Positions 9,804 to 20,141 are shown, counted from the stretch's first letter. The stretch is 64,000 nucleotides of DNA from Bacillota bacterium (GCA_040755975.1 JBFLZY010000002.1:27182-91181), one strand, 5' to 3'. The notes: generated from the sequence alone by a model not told the origin. Numbers and translations: made by a program.

Positions 9804-10067
9804 AGAATCCGGGCAGGAGCGGGCAGAGGTGGCAATTAGTGGATTTTTTCCTGGAGGATTTTATAGGGGCGGAGGTGGATGGCTTTTTACAATATGACCT
9901 GGAAAAAGCAATTACCAATCACCCGGCAGCGGCAGAACGGGGGTAAGAATAGTTTTAAACGGAATACCTTACGGGGAAGGGGGATAAAGCAAGCCAAAAT
10001 TTTTTAAAATTTTAAGGTTTAGGGCAGAAATTGAAAATTAAGTTTAAATGAATGGAGGTAAAGAAAA

Positions 10068-11387
10068 ATGCGAAAGAATGTTTTTTCTTTTATGGTGCTT
10101 GCTATCGCGTTGGCTTTAGCCCTGGCGGTTACCGCCTGCGGGAAAACTGCCAGCGAGCAAGGTAAAGGGGCTCAGGCGCCGGCTTCGGCGCAGCCGATCA
10201 AGATCGGGGTAGTCGGTCCGATGGGGTTCGTCCAGGGAGAGCACCACTGGCTGGGTGCTACAATGGTCGCCGAAGAAATCAATAAAGCAGGTGGAATTAA
10301 GGTAGGAGACAAGATGCGTCCCGTTGAGGTAGTTAAAATCGATACCAACGAGATCAACAGCGTTACCGACGCCGCCAGCGCCGTCGAACGCGCCCTGACG
10401 GTGGATAAGGTCAATTTCCTGGTGGGGGGCTTCCGGACGGAAGCTGTTTTGGCCATGCAGGAAGTGGCGATGGACTACAAGACCATTTTTATGGGCTGCG
10501 GGGCGGCGCACACGGAACTTTGCGACCGGGTGGAAAAGAACTACGACCGTTTTAAATACTGGTTCCGCGTTACGCCGTTGAACTCCAACTTACTGGCGAA
10601 GGTCGATTTTCTCCTCCTTGCGGAAGCGGCCAAAGCGCTCCGGGAGCAGTTGGGCATTCAGAAACCCAAGGTTGCCCACCTTGCCGAAAAAGCGGCCTGG
10701 GCCGATCCGATCGTTGCGGCCGCCGAAAAAACCATTCCCCAGATGGGGATGGAACTGGTGGGTACCTGGCGCCCTTCGGCCACGGCGACGGACGTTACCG
10801 CGGAGCTGAACGCCATTAAAGATTCCGGCGCGCAGATCATTTTCGCAACTTTGTCCGGTCCCGTGGGAGTTGTTGTCGGCAGGCAGTGGGGTGAGCTCCA
10901 GATCCCGGCCATGCCCGTGGGTATTTTCGTTGAGGCGCAGAAAAAGGGTTGGTTGGAAGCCACGGGAGGCAAGGGAAACTACGTGGCCACCATGAACACT
11001 TACGCCCGGACGGCGATGACGGACAAGACCATCTCCTTTTACGATGCGTTTGTCCAGCGCTCCGGCCAGTTCCCCACTTATAACGCCGGGACTTACGAAG
11101 CCATCAATATATTGAAGGAAGCTATAGAAAAGGCCGGAACATTAGAGGCGGACGCTCTTATTAAGGTGCTGGAAAGTGAGACATTCATTGGTACCGCAGG
11201 CAAGTTGAAGTTCGACAAAAAACACGACGTAACCTTCGGCCCGGGGTTCGTCACCTCTGTAGGCACTCAGTGGCAGGACGGGGAACTGGTAATGTTCTGG
11301 CCCAACGGTTGGGAAGGCGTTACCTACCCGGGGGCGAAGCCGTACAAGCTGGCCCCCTGGTTGGTGGAAAAGTATAAGAAGAAGTAG
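10068..11387 (+). CDS. ABC transporter substrate-binding lipoprotein (LivJ/type-I PBP family)
   Basis: Signal peptide with lipobox LAVTAC. Periplasmic-binding-protein-like sequence, first gene of the Liv-type operon. Confidence 0.85.
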   Translation: MRKNVFSFMVLAIALALALAVTACGKTASEQGKGAQAPASAQPIKIGVVGPMGFVQGEHHWLGATMVAEEINKAGGIKVGDKMRPVEVVKIDTNEINSVTDAASAVERALTVDKVNFLVGGFRTEAVLAMQEVAMDYKTIFMGCGAAHTELCDRVEKNYDRFKYWFRVTPLNSNLLAKVDFLLLAEAAKALREQLGIQKPKVAHLAEKAAWADPIVAAAEKTIPQMGMELVGTWRPSATATDVTAELNAIKDSGAQIIFATLSGPVGVVVGRQWGELQIPAMPVGIFVEAQKKGWLEATGGKGNYVATMNTYARTAMTDKTISFYDAFVQRSGQFPTYNAGTYEAINILKEAIEKAGTLEADALIKVLESETFIGTAGKLKFDKKHDVTFGPGFVTSVGTQWQDGELVMFWPNGWEGVTYPGAKPYKLAPWLVEKYKKK

Positions 11388-11552
11388 GGGCGACACATGC
11401 AGAGGGCTGACAATGTCAGTCGTCAGTCGTCAGATGTCGGATGTCTGAAGACTGCCTTTGAGACAATGTTGCGTTTCATGCTTTGTTTTTGCGTCTGACG
11501 TCCGGCTACCGAATGTCTGAATTCGGACGCTGCCAAAAAAGAAGGCTGCAGG

Positions 11553-11600
11553 CGAGGGGGCTTTTCGGCAGCCTTCGGAAAGCTCCCCGCCCTCTTTTGA
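11553..11600 (+). terminator. Intra-operon hairpin + T-run (partial terminator/attenuator after the binding-protein gene)
   Basis: GAGGGGGCTTT...AAAGCTCCCCGCCCTC imperfect stem followed by TTTTGATT. Confidence 0.45.
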
Positions 11601-11654
11601 TTAATTGGGGTGCACTTCAAAAGTTCATCAGCGAGAGGGGTTTTAGAATTCCTT

Positions 11655-12524
11655 ATGCTTGCCAATATTTTTGTCGTGGGCCTGCTTAACGGCTGTGTGT
11701 ACGCCCTTCTGGCCGCGGGTTTCAGTTTGATCTTCGGCGTCGGCCGGATTCTTCACCTTACTCATACCGCGTACTACATGCTTGCCGCTTACATCATTTT
11801 TCATCTCATCGGCGCCGCGGGGGTTTCCCCCGTTCCGGCCGTTTTTGTTTCCGTTCTCGCCACTACAATCGGCGGCGTGTTTTTTTACCGCCTGCTGATC
11901 GAGCCCGTGCGCGAACACGAAACGACGGTCTTGATCATGACTCTCGCCCTGGCCATGTTTTTCCAGGAAGTAATGCTCCTCATTTTCGGCGGTCATTTTC
12001 GAGGCGTTCCCGCTATGGTTGGGGGGTTTACAACCATCTGGGGCGTAAAGGTCACTTATCAGTATGTTTTAAGCCTGGTGACGATAGTTTTTGTTCTTAC
12101 GGCAGTTTGGCTCCTTCTCTCCAAAACACGCCTGGGAATAGCGCTCAGAGCCACCGCGCAGGACAGGGAAGTGGCAAATTTAATGGGGATCAACGTAGGG
12201 CTTACGGCAACGCTTGCCATGTTGATTGCGGTAGCCCTGGCCGCCATTGCCGGGGCGGTGGTTTCGCCTTTGTACGTCCTGGAGCCGGCGATGTGGACGC
12301 ACCCCCTCGTTGTGGTCCTGGCGGTGGTCATTGTCGGAGGCATGGGGAGTATTAAAGGGAGCATCATGGCGGCCTTCATCCTGGCCTTTGCAGAAACCCT
12401 GATTGTTTTTCTGGTGCCCAACGGTGCCTTCTTGCGCGGCGCATTTTCTTTGTTCATCATGCTGGTCGTGCTGATGCTGAAGCCGGAAGGCCTTTACGGA
12501 GTATTTTTCGAGGGGGAGAGGTAA
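11655..12524 (+). CDS. ABC permease, LivH family
   Basis: ORF 11610-12524; ATG 11655 follows GAGAGGGG. Polytopic hydrophobic sequence typical of LivH. Confidence 0.85.
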   Translation: MLANIFVVGLLNGCVYALLAAGFSLIFGVGRILHLTHTAYYMLAAYIIFHLIGAAGVSPVPAVFVSVLATTIGGVFFYRLLIEPVREHETTVLIMTLALAMFFQEVMLLIFGGHFRGVPAMVGGFTTIWGVKVTYQYVLSLVTIVFVLTAVWLLLSKTRLGIALRATAQDREVANLMGINVGLTATLAMLIAVALAAIAGAVVSPLYVLEPAMWTHPLVVVLAVVIVGGMGSIKGSIMAAFILAFAETLIVFLVPNGAFLRGAFSLFIMLVVLMLKPEGLYGVFFEGER

Positions 12525-12527
12525 GAA

Positions 12528-13562
12528 GTGGCACTTTTCAGCTGGTTGATTAAATATTTAAGCAAGGAAGTTTTCCCCCTGCCGACACGTATGTTCGCCT
12601 TCGCCTGCCTGGTCTTTCTGCTTTTTTTACCCCTTTTCACCCGGGATCCCTATCTTCTCCGGATATTGATCCTGGCCAATATCTTTGCCGTTTTCGCCGC
12701 CAGTTGGGACCTGCTTTCCGGCTACGTCGGCCAGATTAATCTGGGTCACGCCCTGTTTTTCGGCGTTTCTGCCTACGCTTCCGCCATTCTCAATCTTAAA
12801 CTCGGCTGGCCCCCCCTGCTGACGGTGCCGGTAGGCGCGCTGCTGGCCGTTCTGGCGGGCCTGGTGGTGGGGGTTCCTGCTTTGAGGTTGAAGGGTCCTT
12901 ACCTTGCGCTGGCTACCCTGGCCCTGCCGGTTATCCTCATGGGAGTGGTGTTTATGTTCCCGGGGTTAACCGGCGGTGAATTAGGGATTTCGGGAGTCGC
13001 CCGGCTGGCGAAAACCCGGGTTGCGGAATATTATTATACCTATTTTCTGATGGTAGCGCTTATTGTAATCATCTGGAAAATTACCGATTCCAAGGTCGGC
13101 CTGATCTTCCACGCTATCCGCGAAGACGAGATAGCCGTGCGCGCATCCGGTATAAACACCACCTTTTATAAGCTTCTGGCTTTTTGCTTAAGCGGCCTTT
13201 TTGCCGGTATTGCCGGAGGCCTGTACGCCCATTTTATGCGGATTGCCGGCCCGGCCACTTTGGAAATGGTTACCTCGTTTCAAGCGGTGATCTGGACCAT
13301 TTTCGGCGGCATCGCGACTGTTTACGGGCCTGTTGTGGGTGTGTTCATCCTCATTCCGGTGATGGAGTTGTTAAGGCTGGTTCCGGAAGTCAGGATGCTC
13401 GCTTTCGCTTTGATCTTGATTCTGGTCTTGCGTTTTCTGCCGGAAGGAATTACGTCCTGGGTTCAGGACCGGCTGGAAAAGGAATGCCCGCGCTGCAAGG
13501 CGCGCAACGCTTTCACCCGCAGGCAGTGCCGGGTGTGTTTCGCCCCGCTTAAGAATGGTTAA
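12528..13562 (+). CDS. ABC permease, LivM family, with C-terminal CxxC-x10-CxxC zinc-ribbon tail
   Basis: Polytopic LivM-like core. The tail is ...EKECPRCKARNAFTRRQCRVCFAPLKNG. Confidence 0.85.
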   Translation: MALFSWLIKYLSKEVFPLPTRMFAFACLVFLLFLPLFTRDPYLLRILILANIFAVFAASWDLLSGYVGQINLGHALFFGVSAYASAILNLKLGWPPLLTVPVGALLAVLAGLVVGVPALRLKGPYLALATLALPVILMGVVFMFPGLTGGELGISGVARLAKTRVAEYYYTYFLMVALIVIIWKITDSKVGLIFHAIREDEIAVRASGINTTFYKLLAFCLSGLFAGIAGGLYAHFMRIAGPATLEMVTSFQAVIWTIFGGIATVYGPVVGVFILIPVMELLRLVPEVRMLAFALILILVLRFLPEGITSWVQDRLEKECPRCKARNAFTRRQCRVCFAPLKNG

Positions 13563-13598
13563 TCCGAAAAAGACAGCAAGGAGGAGAAAGTTGGTCCA

Positions 13599-15311
13599 AT
13601 GGATGCCAAAGAATTCTATCTTTCGAAACCCTGGTTAAAGTTTTACCCTTCAGGAGTTCCCCATACGGTGGAGATTCCGCAGGTCCCGGTGACGGCTTTA
13701 TTTGACGGGGCGGCGGAAAAGTACGGCGGTAAAGCCGCGCTTATTTTCTACGGCCAGGAAATCAGGTACCGGCAGCTGCGGGAGGAAGTCGACAGATTTG
13801 CCGCCGCGCTGGCCGATCTGGGCATCGGCAAGGGCCAAAGGGTGGCCTTATACCTGCTGAACAGCCCCCAGTTTGTCATTGCCTACTTTGGGATTTTAAA
13901 AACGGGCGCCACCGTATCTCCGATCAGTCCTGTCTACACCAGCATTGAAGTAAGACACCAGCTAAAGGATAGCGGGGCAAAAACAATAGTCTGCCAGGAT
14001 ATTCTCTACGAAAACGTGCAAAAAACCGGCCTTGATCTGGAAAACGTCATTCTCACCGGAGTGGAGGAATACTTACCTTCAGTCATGCGCTTTTTGGGGA
14101 AAGGGGTTTTGAAACGCCGCCTCGGCGACCGCAGTAAACCTCCGGAGGAGATTTACAAACGGAAGGGGTTCTACAAGCTTCAAGACCTGCTTAAAAAATA
14201 TCCGCCCCGCCCCCCGGCAGCAACAATTGACCCCCGGGTGGACGTGGCAAGCCTTCCCTATACCGGCGGCACTACAGGTCCGTCCAAAGGGGTTCTTTTA
14301 ACCCACGCCAATCTGGTCGCCTGCCAGCAGCAGATCCAGGCTTTTTGGGCGCCCGAAATTGAGGAAGGAAAAGAGGTTGTGATAGCCTTTTTGCCCTTTT
14401 ACCACATTTACGGTCAGGTGGCAATCATGCTGAACAGCCTGATTTCCGGGTTAACGCTGGTTCTTTTTACAACCCCCGATTACGACGAAATACTGTACGC
14501 AATAGAAAAATATAACGCTACTGTTTTTTACGGCGTGCCTACAATTTATGAATTTTTACGTGAGTACGAAAAAACGGTGCGAGTTAACTGGCAACGGCTA
14601 AAAGCGGTTGTCTGCGGTGCCGATACGCTGCACGATAAAACTGTAAACGGCTGGAGGCAGAGGACCGGAACGGACATTACCGAAGGCTACGGAATGACGG
14701 AAACCAGCGCGGTGAGCCATATCACCCCTCCTGAACGCCCCAAGGTGGGTTCGTTCGGAGTGCCCATTCCGAACGTTCTGGCGGCCGTCGTCGATCCCGA
14801 AACGAACGCTTTTCTTCCTCCGGGGGAAGTGGGCGAGCTGATCATTTCCGGTCCGAACATTATGGAGGAGTACTGGCAGCAACCTGAGGAAACGGCCCGC
14901 GCCCTGATTGAGCTGGAAGGGCGGAAGTGGCTTAAGACCGGTGATCTGGCCCGGATGGATGAGGAAGGTTACTTTTACTTTTACGACCGGAAAAAGGACT
15001 TGATTAAATATAAAGGTTATTCCGTTTTCGCGCGCGAAGTTGAAGAGGTTCTTTACAGCCACCCTCAGGTCAAGATGGCGGGGGTTATCGGGGTTCCCGA
15101 TCCGAAGGTAGGGCAGATTATCAAGGCCAACGTGGTCCTGTTCAGCGAGGCGCGGGGGAAGGTCTCCGAAGACGAGATTATCGCTTACTGCAGGGAAAGG
15201 CTGGCCCACTACAAGGTGCCGCAGATTGTCGAGTTCCGGGGTGAATTGCCCAAAACCGACGTGGGCAAGGTTTCCCGCCGGGAGCTGCGCGAAGAAGCGG
15301 AGGGGCTCTAA
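13599..15311 (+). CDS. AMP-dependent acyl-CoA synthetase embedded in the ABC operon
   Basis: AAGGAGGAG RBS. Motifs YTGGTTGPSKG, GYGMTE and TGDLARMDEEGYFYFYDRKKD. Confidence 0.9.
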   Translation: MDAKEFYLSKPWLKFYPSGVPHTVEIPQVPVTALFDGAAEKYGGKAALIFYGQEIRYRQLREEVDRFAAALADLGIGKGQRVALYLLNSPQFVIAYFGILKTGATVSPISPVYTSIEVRHQLKDSGAKTIVCQDILYENVQKTGLDLENVILTGVEEYLPSVMRFLGKGVLKRRLGDRSKPPEEIYKRKGFYKLQDLLKKYPPRPPAATIDPRVDVASLPYTGGTTGPSKGVLLTHANLVACQQQIQAFWAPEIEEGKEVVIAFLPFYHIYGQVAIMLNSLISGLTLVLFTTPDYDEILYAIEKYNATVFYGVPTIYEFLREYEKTVRVNWQRLKAVVCGADTLHDKTVNGWRQRTGTDITEGYGMTETSAVSHITPPERPKVGSFGVPIPNVLAAVVDPETNAFLPPGEVGELIISGPNIMEEYWQQPEETARALIELEGRKWLKTGDLARMDEEGYFYFYDRKKDLIKYKGYSVFAREVEEVLYSHPQVKMAGVIGVPDPKVGQIIKANVVLFSEARGKVSEDEIIAYCRERLAHYKVPQIVEFRGELPKTDVGKVSRRELREEAEGL

Positions 15312-15313
15312 CG

Positions 15314-16075
15314 ATGAGTTTCTTCGAGGTAAAAGGGCTGACCAAGCATTTTGGGGGCCTTACCGCCGTTAACAACGTCAGTTTCCACGTTGACCGGGAT
15401 GAAATAGTAGGGCTGATCGGGCCGAACGGGGCCGGAAAAACGACGCTTGTTCGCCTGATCATGAAGATCTTGAAGCCTAACGCCGGGCACATTTTTTTCC
15501 GGGGCAGGGAAATTACCCGCTTGAAAACCTGGGAAGTGGTAGCTCTGGGAATTGCCGGCACGTTTCAAAACACCAGGCCTTTTAGGCGCCTGCCGATTAT
15601 TGCCAACGTCATGGTACCCTGCCTGGGGCCCCGCGCTTCCAAGCGCGGCGAATGGGTAAAGCGGGTCGAAGCCAGGGCCATGGACGCGCTGGAGTTTGCC
15701 GGCATCTCCGACCTGGCTCTGGAGCCCGCTTCCAAACTGTCCCACGGCGACTTAAAGCGGCTGGAAATCGCCCGGGCGATCGCCACCGAGCCGGAATTGT
15801 TGATTCTTGACGAACCCTTTGCCGGTTTGAACCCTACCGAGACGGAACTGCTGGCCAAGTCGATCAGGCGCCTGCACCGCGGCGGCCGCTTCGGCCGCCT
15901 GCACAGCGAGGGAGTCGCCATGATCATTATCGAGCACAAGCTTTCGGAGCTGATGAAAATCGTAGACAGGGTGATCGTCCTCCATTTCGGGCAGATCATT
16001 GCCGACGGCAGGCCCGAAGAAATAATCAACAACGAAAAAGTGATCGAGGCTTACATCGGGAAGGAGGTCGTCTGA
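15314..16075 (+). CDS. ABC ATP-binding protein, LivG family
   Basis: Walker A GPNGAGKTT, signature LSHGDLKRLE, Walker B LLILDEP. Confidence 0.9.
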   Translation: MSFFEVKGLTKHFGGLTAVNNVSFHVDRDEIVGLIGPNGAGKTTLVRLIMKILKPNAGHIFFRGREITRLKTWEVVALGIAGTFQNTRPFRRLPIIANVMVPCLGPRASKRGEWVKRVEARAMDALEFAGISDLALEPASKLSHGDLKRLEIARAIATEPELLILDEPFAGLNPTETELLAKSIRRLHRGGRFGRLHSEGVAMIIIEHKLSELMKIVDRVIVLHFGQIIADGRPEEIINNEKVIEAYIGKEVV

Positions 16076-16825
16076 TTGCTGCTGGAAGTCGAAAACCTCT
16101 TCGTTTACTACGATACGGCGATGATTTTAAACGACGTCAGCCTGAAGGTTGCCGCCGGCGAGCTGGTCAGCCTGGTCGGACCCAACGGAGCGGGAAAAAC
16201 AACCCTCCTGCGGGCCGTAACGGGGCTGGTAAACTGGGAAAAGCAGGTTTTAAAAGGGGTTAAAGGGGGCAACATCCGCCTTTTGGGAAAGGTAAGTTTT
16301 AACGGAGAGAGGATCGAGCAGCTGCCTCCCCACGAAATCGCGCGCCGGGGACTGATCCACTGCCCCGAACGCCGCCGCCCCTTCGCCGAGATGACCGTTG
16401 CCGACAACCTGCAGGCCGGGGGTTATCTCTGCAGGGACAGGGCGGAATTCAACCGAAGGCTGGAAATGGTCTATAACCTGTTCCCGAGGCTGAAAGACCG
16501 GGCCGGGCAAATCGCGGGAACACTGTCCGGAGGCGAGCAGCAGATGCTGGCCATCGGAAGGGCCTTAATGATGCAGCCGAAGCTTCTTTGCATCGATGAG
16601 CCTTCGCTGGGGCTGGCTCCGCAGGTTAAAAAGAATGTTTTTGAGCAGATCAAAGAAATCCAGGGGCGGGGGATAACCCTGCTCCTGATCGAACAAGACG
16701 TCAACCTCGCCTTTGCTCTGTCCACAAGGAACTATATTCTTTCCCACGGCAGGATCGTTGCGGAAGGAAGCAGCGAAAAGCTGCTCGGGGACGAGACGAT
16801 AAGGAAATCTTTCCTGGGGTTATAA
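16076..16825 (+). CDS. ABC ATP-binding protein, LivF family
   Basis: Walker A GPNGAGKTT, signature LSGGEQQML, Walker B LLCIDEPS. The TTG start abuts the livG-type stop. Confidence 0.9.
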   Translation: MLLEVENLFVYYDTAMILNDVSLKVAAGELVSLVGPNGAGKTTLLRAVTGLVNWEKQVLKGVKGGNIRLLGKVSFNGERIEQLPPHEIARRGLIHCPERRRPFAEMTVADNLQAGGYLCRDRAEFNRRLEMVYNLFPRLKDRAGQIAGTLSGGEQQMLAIGRALMMQPKLLCIDEPSLGLAPQVKKNVFEQIKEIQGRGITLLLIEQDVNLAFALSTRNYILSHGRIVAEGSSEKLLGDETIRKSFLGL

Positions 16826-16969
16826 GTGAAAGACGAAGGAAGGCTGACCCGTTAAGTAAAGGGTAATCTACCTCGGTTGGATTGGTGAGCCGATTTAACC
16901 GGCCGACTGTTGGAACGGGCTTATCTGCAGCCGTAAAGATGGGGCCAGGAAATTAAGGGGGAACGTGAG

Positions 16970-18637
16970 GTGAAAGTAAGATGGAAAATATTGGCGGGAT
17001 ATTTGGTAGTGCTGGCCATTTTTGCGGGCGCCGTCGGAGTCCAGGACTACCAGATGCGCCGGATTAAGGCGAACTACGACCTGATCGTTCAGGAGGAAGC
17101 ACGGAAAGCCTCAGAGGCGCAAAGTTTTTTAGTTCTTTTTGAAAGAATGCCGATCAGTCTTAAAGACTACTTATTAACAGGTAACCCCGCTGATCTGAAG
17201 TCGTACGAGAGCCGTGAGGAGCAGGCGGCCAACCAGTTGCAAAAACTTGGGGAGCTCGCTTACTCTGAAAAAGAGAGGGAAGTTTTAGCAAAGATTCAGG
17301 AGAAGTACGGGGAATTTAAAAAAGCGGCCGGATACCTTACGGAGCGCAAAAGCCAGGCTGTGGCTGCAGAAGACAAATTAAAAACTATACCCGTTCAGGA
17401 GAGTGATCAAGAAAAAAGAGAATTGACCGGGCAGCTCGACAAACTCCAAAAAGAGATAGTCAGTTACAATGTTGAAAAGCAAATTCTTGTTGAAGAAACG
17501 ATTAAAGCCGGCCATGATTTTATCTACCTTCAGGAAGCTAATTTAAAAGAACGAATAAATAACTGCGAGCGGCTCATCTCTGCCGTTGAGGTAATCAACC
17601 GTGCTGCTCTTGGGATTGCGCTCATCCTTGGTTTGCTGATCGTCATTTTCCTCAGCCAGTTGATATCCAGGCCCCTGCGGCTGGTGGAACAGGGTGTAAC
17701 CCGCATTGCGGGCGGCGATCTTTCGGTGGCGGACATAAAAGGGAACTCTCGAGATGAAATCGGCTCCCTGGCCCGTTCGTTCAACAGGATGAAACAAGGT
17801 TTGAAAGAAATTGTCCAAAAGGTTGCTGAAGGCGCCCAGGAAGTTTTAAAGGCCGCCGGTCAGCTGTCCGCAAGCGCCCACCAGACAGCCCAGGGGGCCA
17901 CCACCATAGCTTCGGCCATTTCGGAAATCGCGGCCGCCGTTGAGGACGGCGCCGGCAACGCCGGCCAGGTGGCAAGGGTGGCCGAAAAGGCGGCCAGTCT
18001 GGCCGTCGAGGGGAATACGCGGGTTGGCAGGCTGGTTGCCCAGATAGAAAGCATTCAGGCCTCCGCCCGGCATATTAACGATGCCATTGTCAAGCTGGGG
18101 GAAACGTCTTTCGCGATAACAAAAATCGTCCAGATGATTACCGGTATAGCGGAACAGACAAACCTTCTGGCCCTTAATGCGGCTATCGAAGCGGCCAGGG
18201 CGGGGGGGCAGGGCCGCGGCTTCGCCGTGGTGGCCGAAGAGGTTAGAAAGCTGTCCGAAGAGTCGGGCAACGCGGCGAAAGAAATCGACAAGCTGGTAGA
18301 AAGTATCCGGGCGGGCGCTTCCGAAGTTGTCTCGATCACTGAGGAGAACGCCCGAAAGGTTGAGGCCGGTACCCTGGTGGCGAAGGAAGTAGGGGAACTT
18401 TTTAACGATATCATTCGTATTGTTCAGGAGCTGCGCAAGCAGACTCAGGAAGTTGCCGCCATCGCCCAACAAACCGCCGGCAGCGTGGAAAACGTGGCCG
18501 GCACGGCCGAAGAGCAAACCGCGGCCATGGAGGAGGTTTCCGCCCTGGCCGAAAGCATGCAGAAATTTGCTGCCGGGCTGGAGCAAATGGTCGCCATGTT
18601 TAAATTTGAGCGGGAGGAAGAAAAACAAGTCAAATGA
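16970..18637 (+). CDS. methyl-accepting chemotaxis protein (membrane, helical sensor + HAMP)
   Basis: N-terminal TM, second TM then HAMP. Signalling hairpin [38 protein letters not shown]. Confidence 0.9.
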   Translation: MKVRWKILAGYLVVLAIFAGAVGVQDYQMRRIKANYDLIVQEEARKASEAQSFLVLFERMPISLKDYLLTGNPADLKSYESREEQAANQLQKLGELAYSEKEREVLAKIQEKYGEFKKAAGYLTERKSQAVAAEDKLKTIPVQESDQEKRELTGQLDKLQKEIVSYNVEKQILVEETIKAGHDFIYLQEANLKERINNCERLISAVEVINRAALGIALILGLLIVIFLSQLISRPLRLVEQGVTRIAGGDLSVADIKGNSRDEIGSLARSFNRMKQGLKEIVQKVAEGAQEVLKAAGQLSASAHQTAQGATTIASAISEIAAAVEDGAGNAGQVARVAEKAASLAVEGNTRVGRLVAQIESIQASARHINDAIVKLGETSFAITKIVQMITGIAEQTNLLALNAAIEAARAGGQGRGFAVVAEEVRKLSEESGNAAKEIDKLVESIRAGASEVVSITEENARKVEAGTLVAKEVGELFNDIIRIVQELRKQTQEVAAIAQQTAGSVENVAGTAEEQTAAMEEVSALAESMQKFAAGLEQMVAMFKFEREEEKQVK

Positions 18638-18691
18638 CCGGAAGGAAAATGGACATAAAGGGCTAAAGTATAAGGTTAAGGAGGATCAGCC

Positions 18692-20119
18692 ATGCGAACA
18701 GCCCAACAGTACCTTGAAAAGCTGCGCGCCATGCGCCCCAACGTGTACATCAACGGCAAACTGGTAGCGCGCGACGACCCCCAGCTGCTTCCGGGGATAA
18801 ACGTCGTTTCCGAAACCTTCAACTACGCCCGCGATCCCCAATATACAGAGCTGACGACGGCCGTTTCCCACCTGACGGGCAGGACCGTCAACCGCTTCTG
18901 CCACATTCACCAGAGCACCGAAGACCTGCTCAAAAAGCAGGAAATGACCCGTTTTTTGTGCCAGCGGGTGGGCGGCTGTATCCAGCGCTGCATGGGGGTA
19001 GACGCTTTAAACGCCCTTTCGGTGGTCACCAAGGACATGGATCTCGCCCTCGGCACCGAATACCACGGGCGCTTCCTGAAATACCTGGAATACTTCCAGG
19101 AAAACGACCTGGTGGGCAACTGCGCCCAGACCGACGTCAAAGGCGACCGGATGAAGAGGCCCTTTGAGCAGCAGGACCCCGATCTCTACCTGCGGGTGGT
19201 GGAAAAACGTTCCGACGGAATCATCGTCCGGGGAGCCAAGGCCCACAACACCATCGGCCCCTACGCCGACGAGATCATCGTCGTGCCCACCAGGCTGATG
19301 ACCGAAAAAGACGCCGACTGGGCCGTGGCCTTTGCCGTCCCGGCCGACGCGGAAGGGATTTATCTGATCTGCAGGACAACGGCGGCAAGAAAGCGCGAAC
19401 ATCTTAAAGCCCCCGGCGCCATATACGGCTCGGCGGATTCCCTGACCGTCTTCGACAACGTCTTCGTCCCCTGGGAAAGAGTCTTCATGTGCGGCGAAAC
19501 CAGATTTGCCGGACAGCTTGCCTCGCTGTTCGCCACCTACCACCGGCACAGCTACACCGGCTGCAAGCCCGCGGTAACCGACATCATCATGGGCGCCGCC
19601 GCCCTGGTGGCCGAGTACAACGGCATAGAAAGGGCGCCCCACGTCCGGGATAAGCTGGCCGACCTGATCGCCGTCGCCGAACTGGTCTACGGCACCGGCA
19701 TAGCCTCGGCCGTCAAGGCCCGCCGGGCGGCCTCCGGCACTTTCGTGCCCGACATTGTCTTTACCAACGTGGCCCGTTACCACGCCGGCGTAAACGTCTA
19801 CCACGAGTACGAAATCCTGGCCGACCTCGCCGGCGGCCTTCCCGCCACCCTGCCCCCGGAAGGGGATTTCTACAACCCGGTGACAAAGGGCTTCCTGGAA
19901 AAATACATCATGCGCAACCCGGCCGTCAGCGCCGAAAACCAGCACAGGTGCTTCCGCCTGCTGAGCGACATGCTCTGCTCGGCACATACCGGAGTCATGC
20001 AGGTGGCCGGCGTCCACGGCGGCGGCTCCCCGATCATGGAGAAGATTGCCATCATGGCCCAGTACGATATCGGCGCCAAGAAAAAGATTGCCAGGTACCT
20101 GGCGGGAATAGAAGATTAA
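18692..20119 (+). CDS. abfD: 4-hydroxybutyryl-CoA dehydratase / vinylacetyl-CoA isomerase family protein (AbfD/HpaB superfamily), paralog 1
   Basis: AAGGAGG RBS. C-I-Q-R-C (CxxxC) and H-x6-C (YHRHSYTGC) match my recollection of the AbfD [4Fe-4S] ligands. Substrate unverified. Confidence 0.75.
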   Translation: MRTAQQYLEKLRAMRPNVYINGKLVARDDPQLLPGINVVSETFNYARDPQYTELTTAVSHLTGRTVNRFCHIHQSTEDLLKKQEMTRFLCQRVGGCIQRCMGVDALNALSVVTKDMDLALGTEYHGRFLKYLEYFQENDLVGNCAQTDVKGDRMKRPFEQQDPDLYLRVVEKRSDGIIVRGAKAHNTIGPYADEIIVVPTRLMTEKDADWAVAFAVPADAEGIYLICRTTAARKREHLKAPGAIYGSADSLTVFDNVFVPWERVFMCGETRFAGQLASLFATYHRHSYTGCKPAVTDIIMGAAALVAEYNGIERAPHVRDKLADLIAVAELVYGTGIASAVKARRAASGTFVPDIVFTNVARYHAGVNVYHEYEILADLAGGLPATLPPEGDFYNPVTKGFLEKYIMRNPAVSAENQHRCFRLLSDMLCSAHTGVMQVAGVHGGGSPIMEKIAIMAQYDIGAKKKIARYLAGIED

Positions 20120-20141
20120 AGTTAATGGAAGAGGGGTTACC

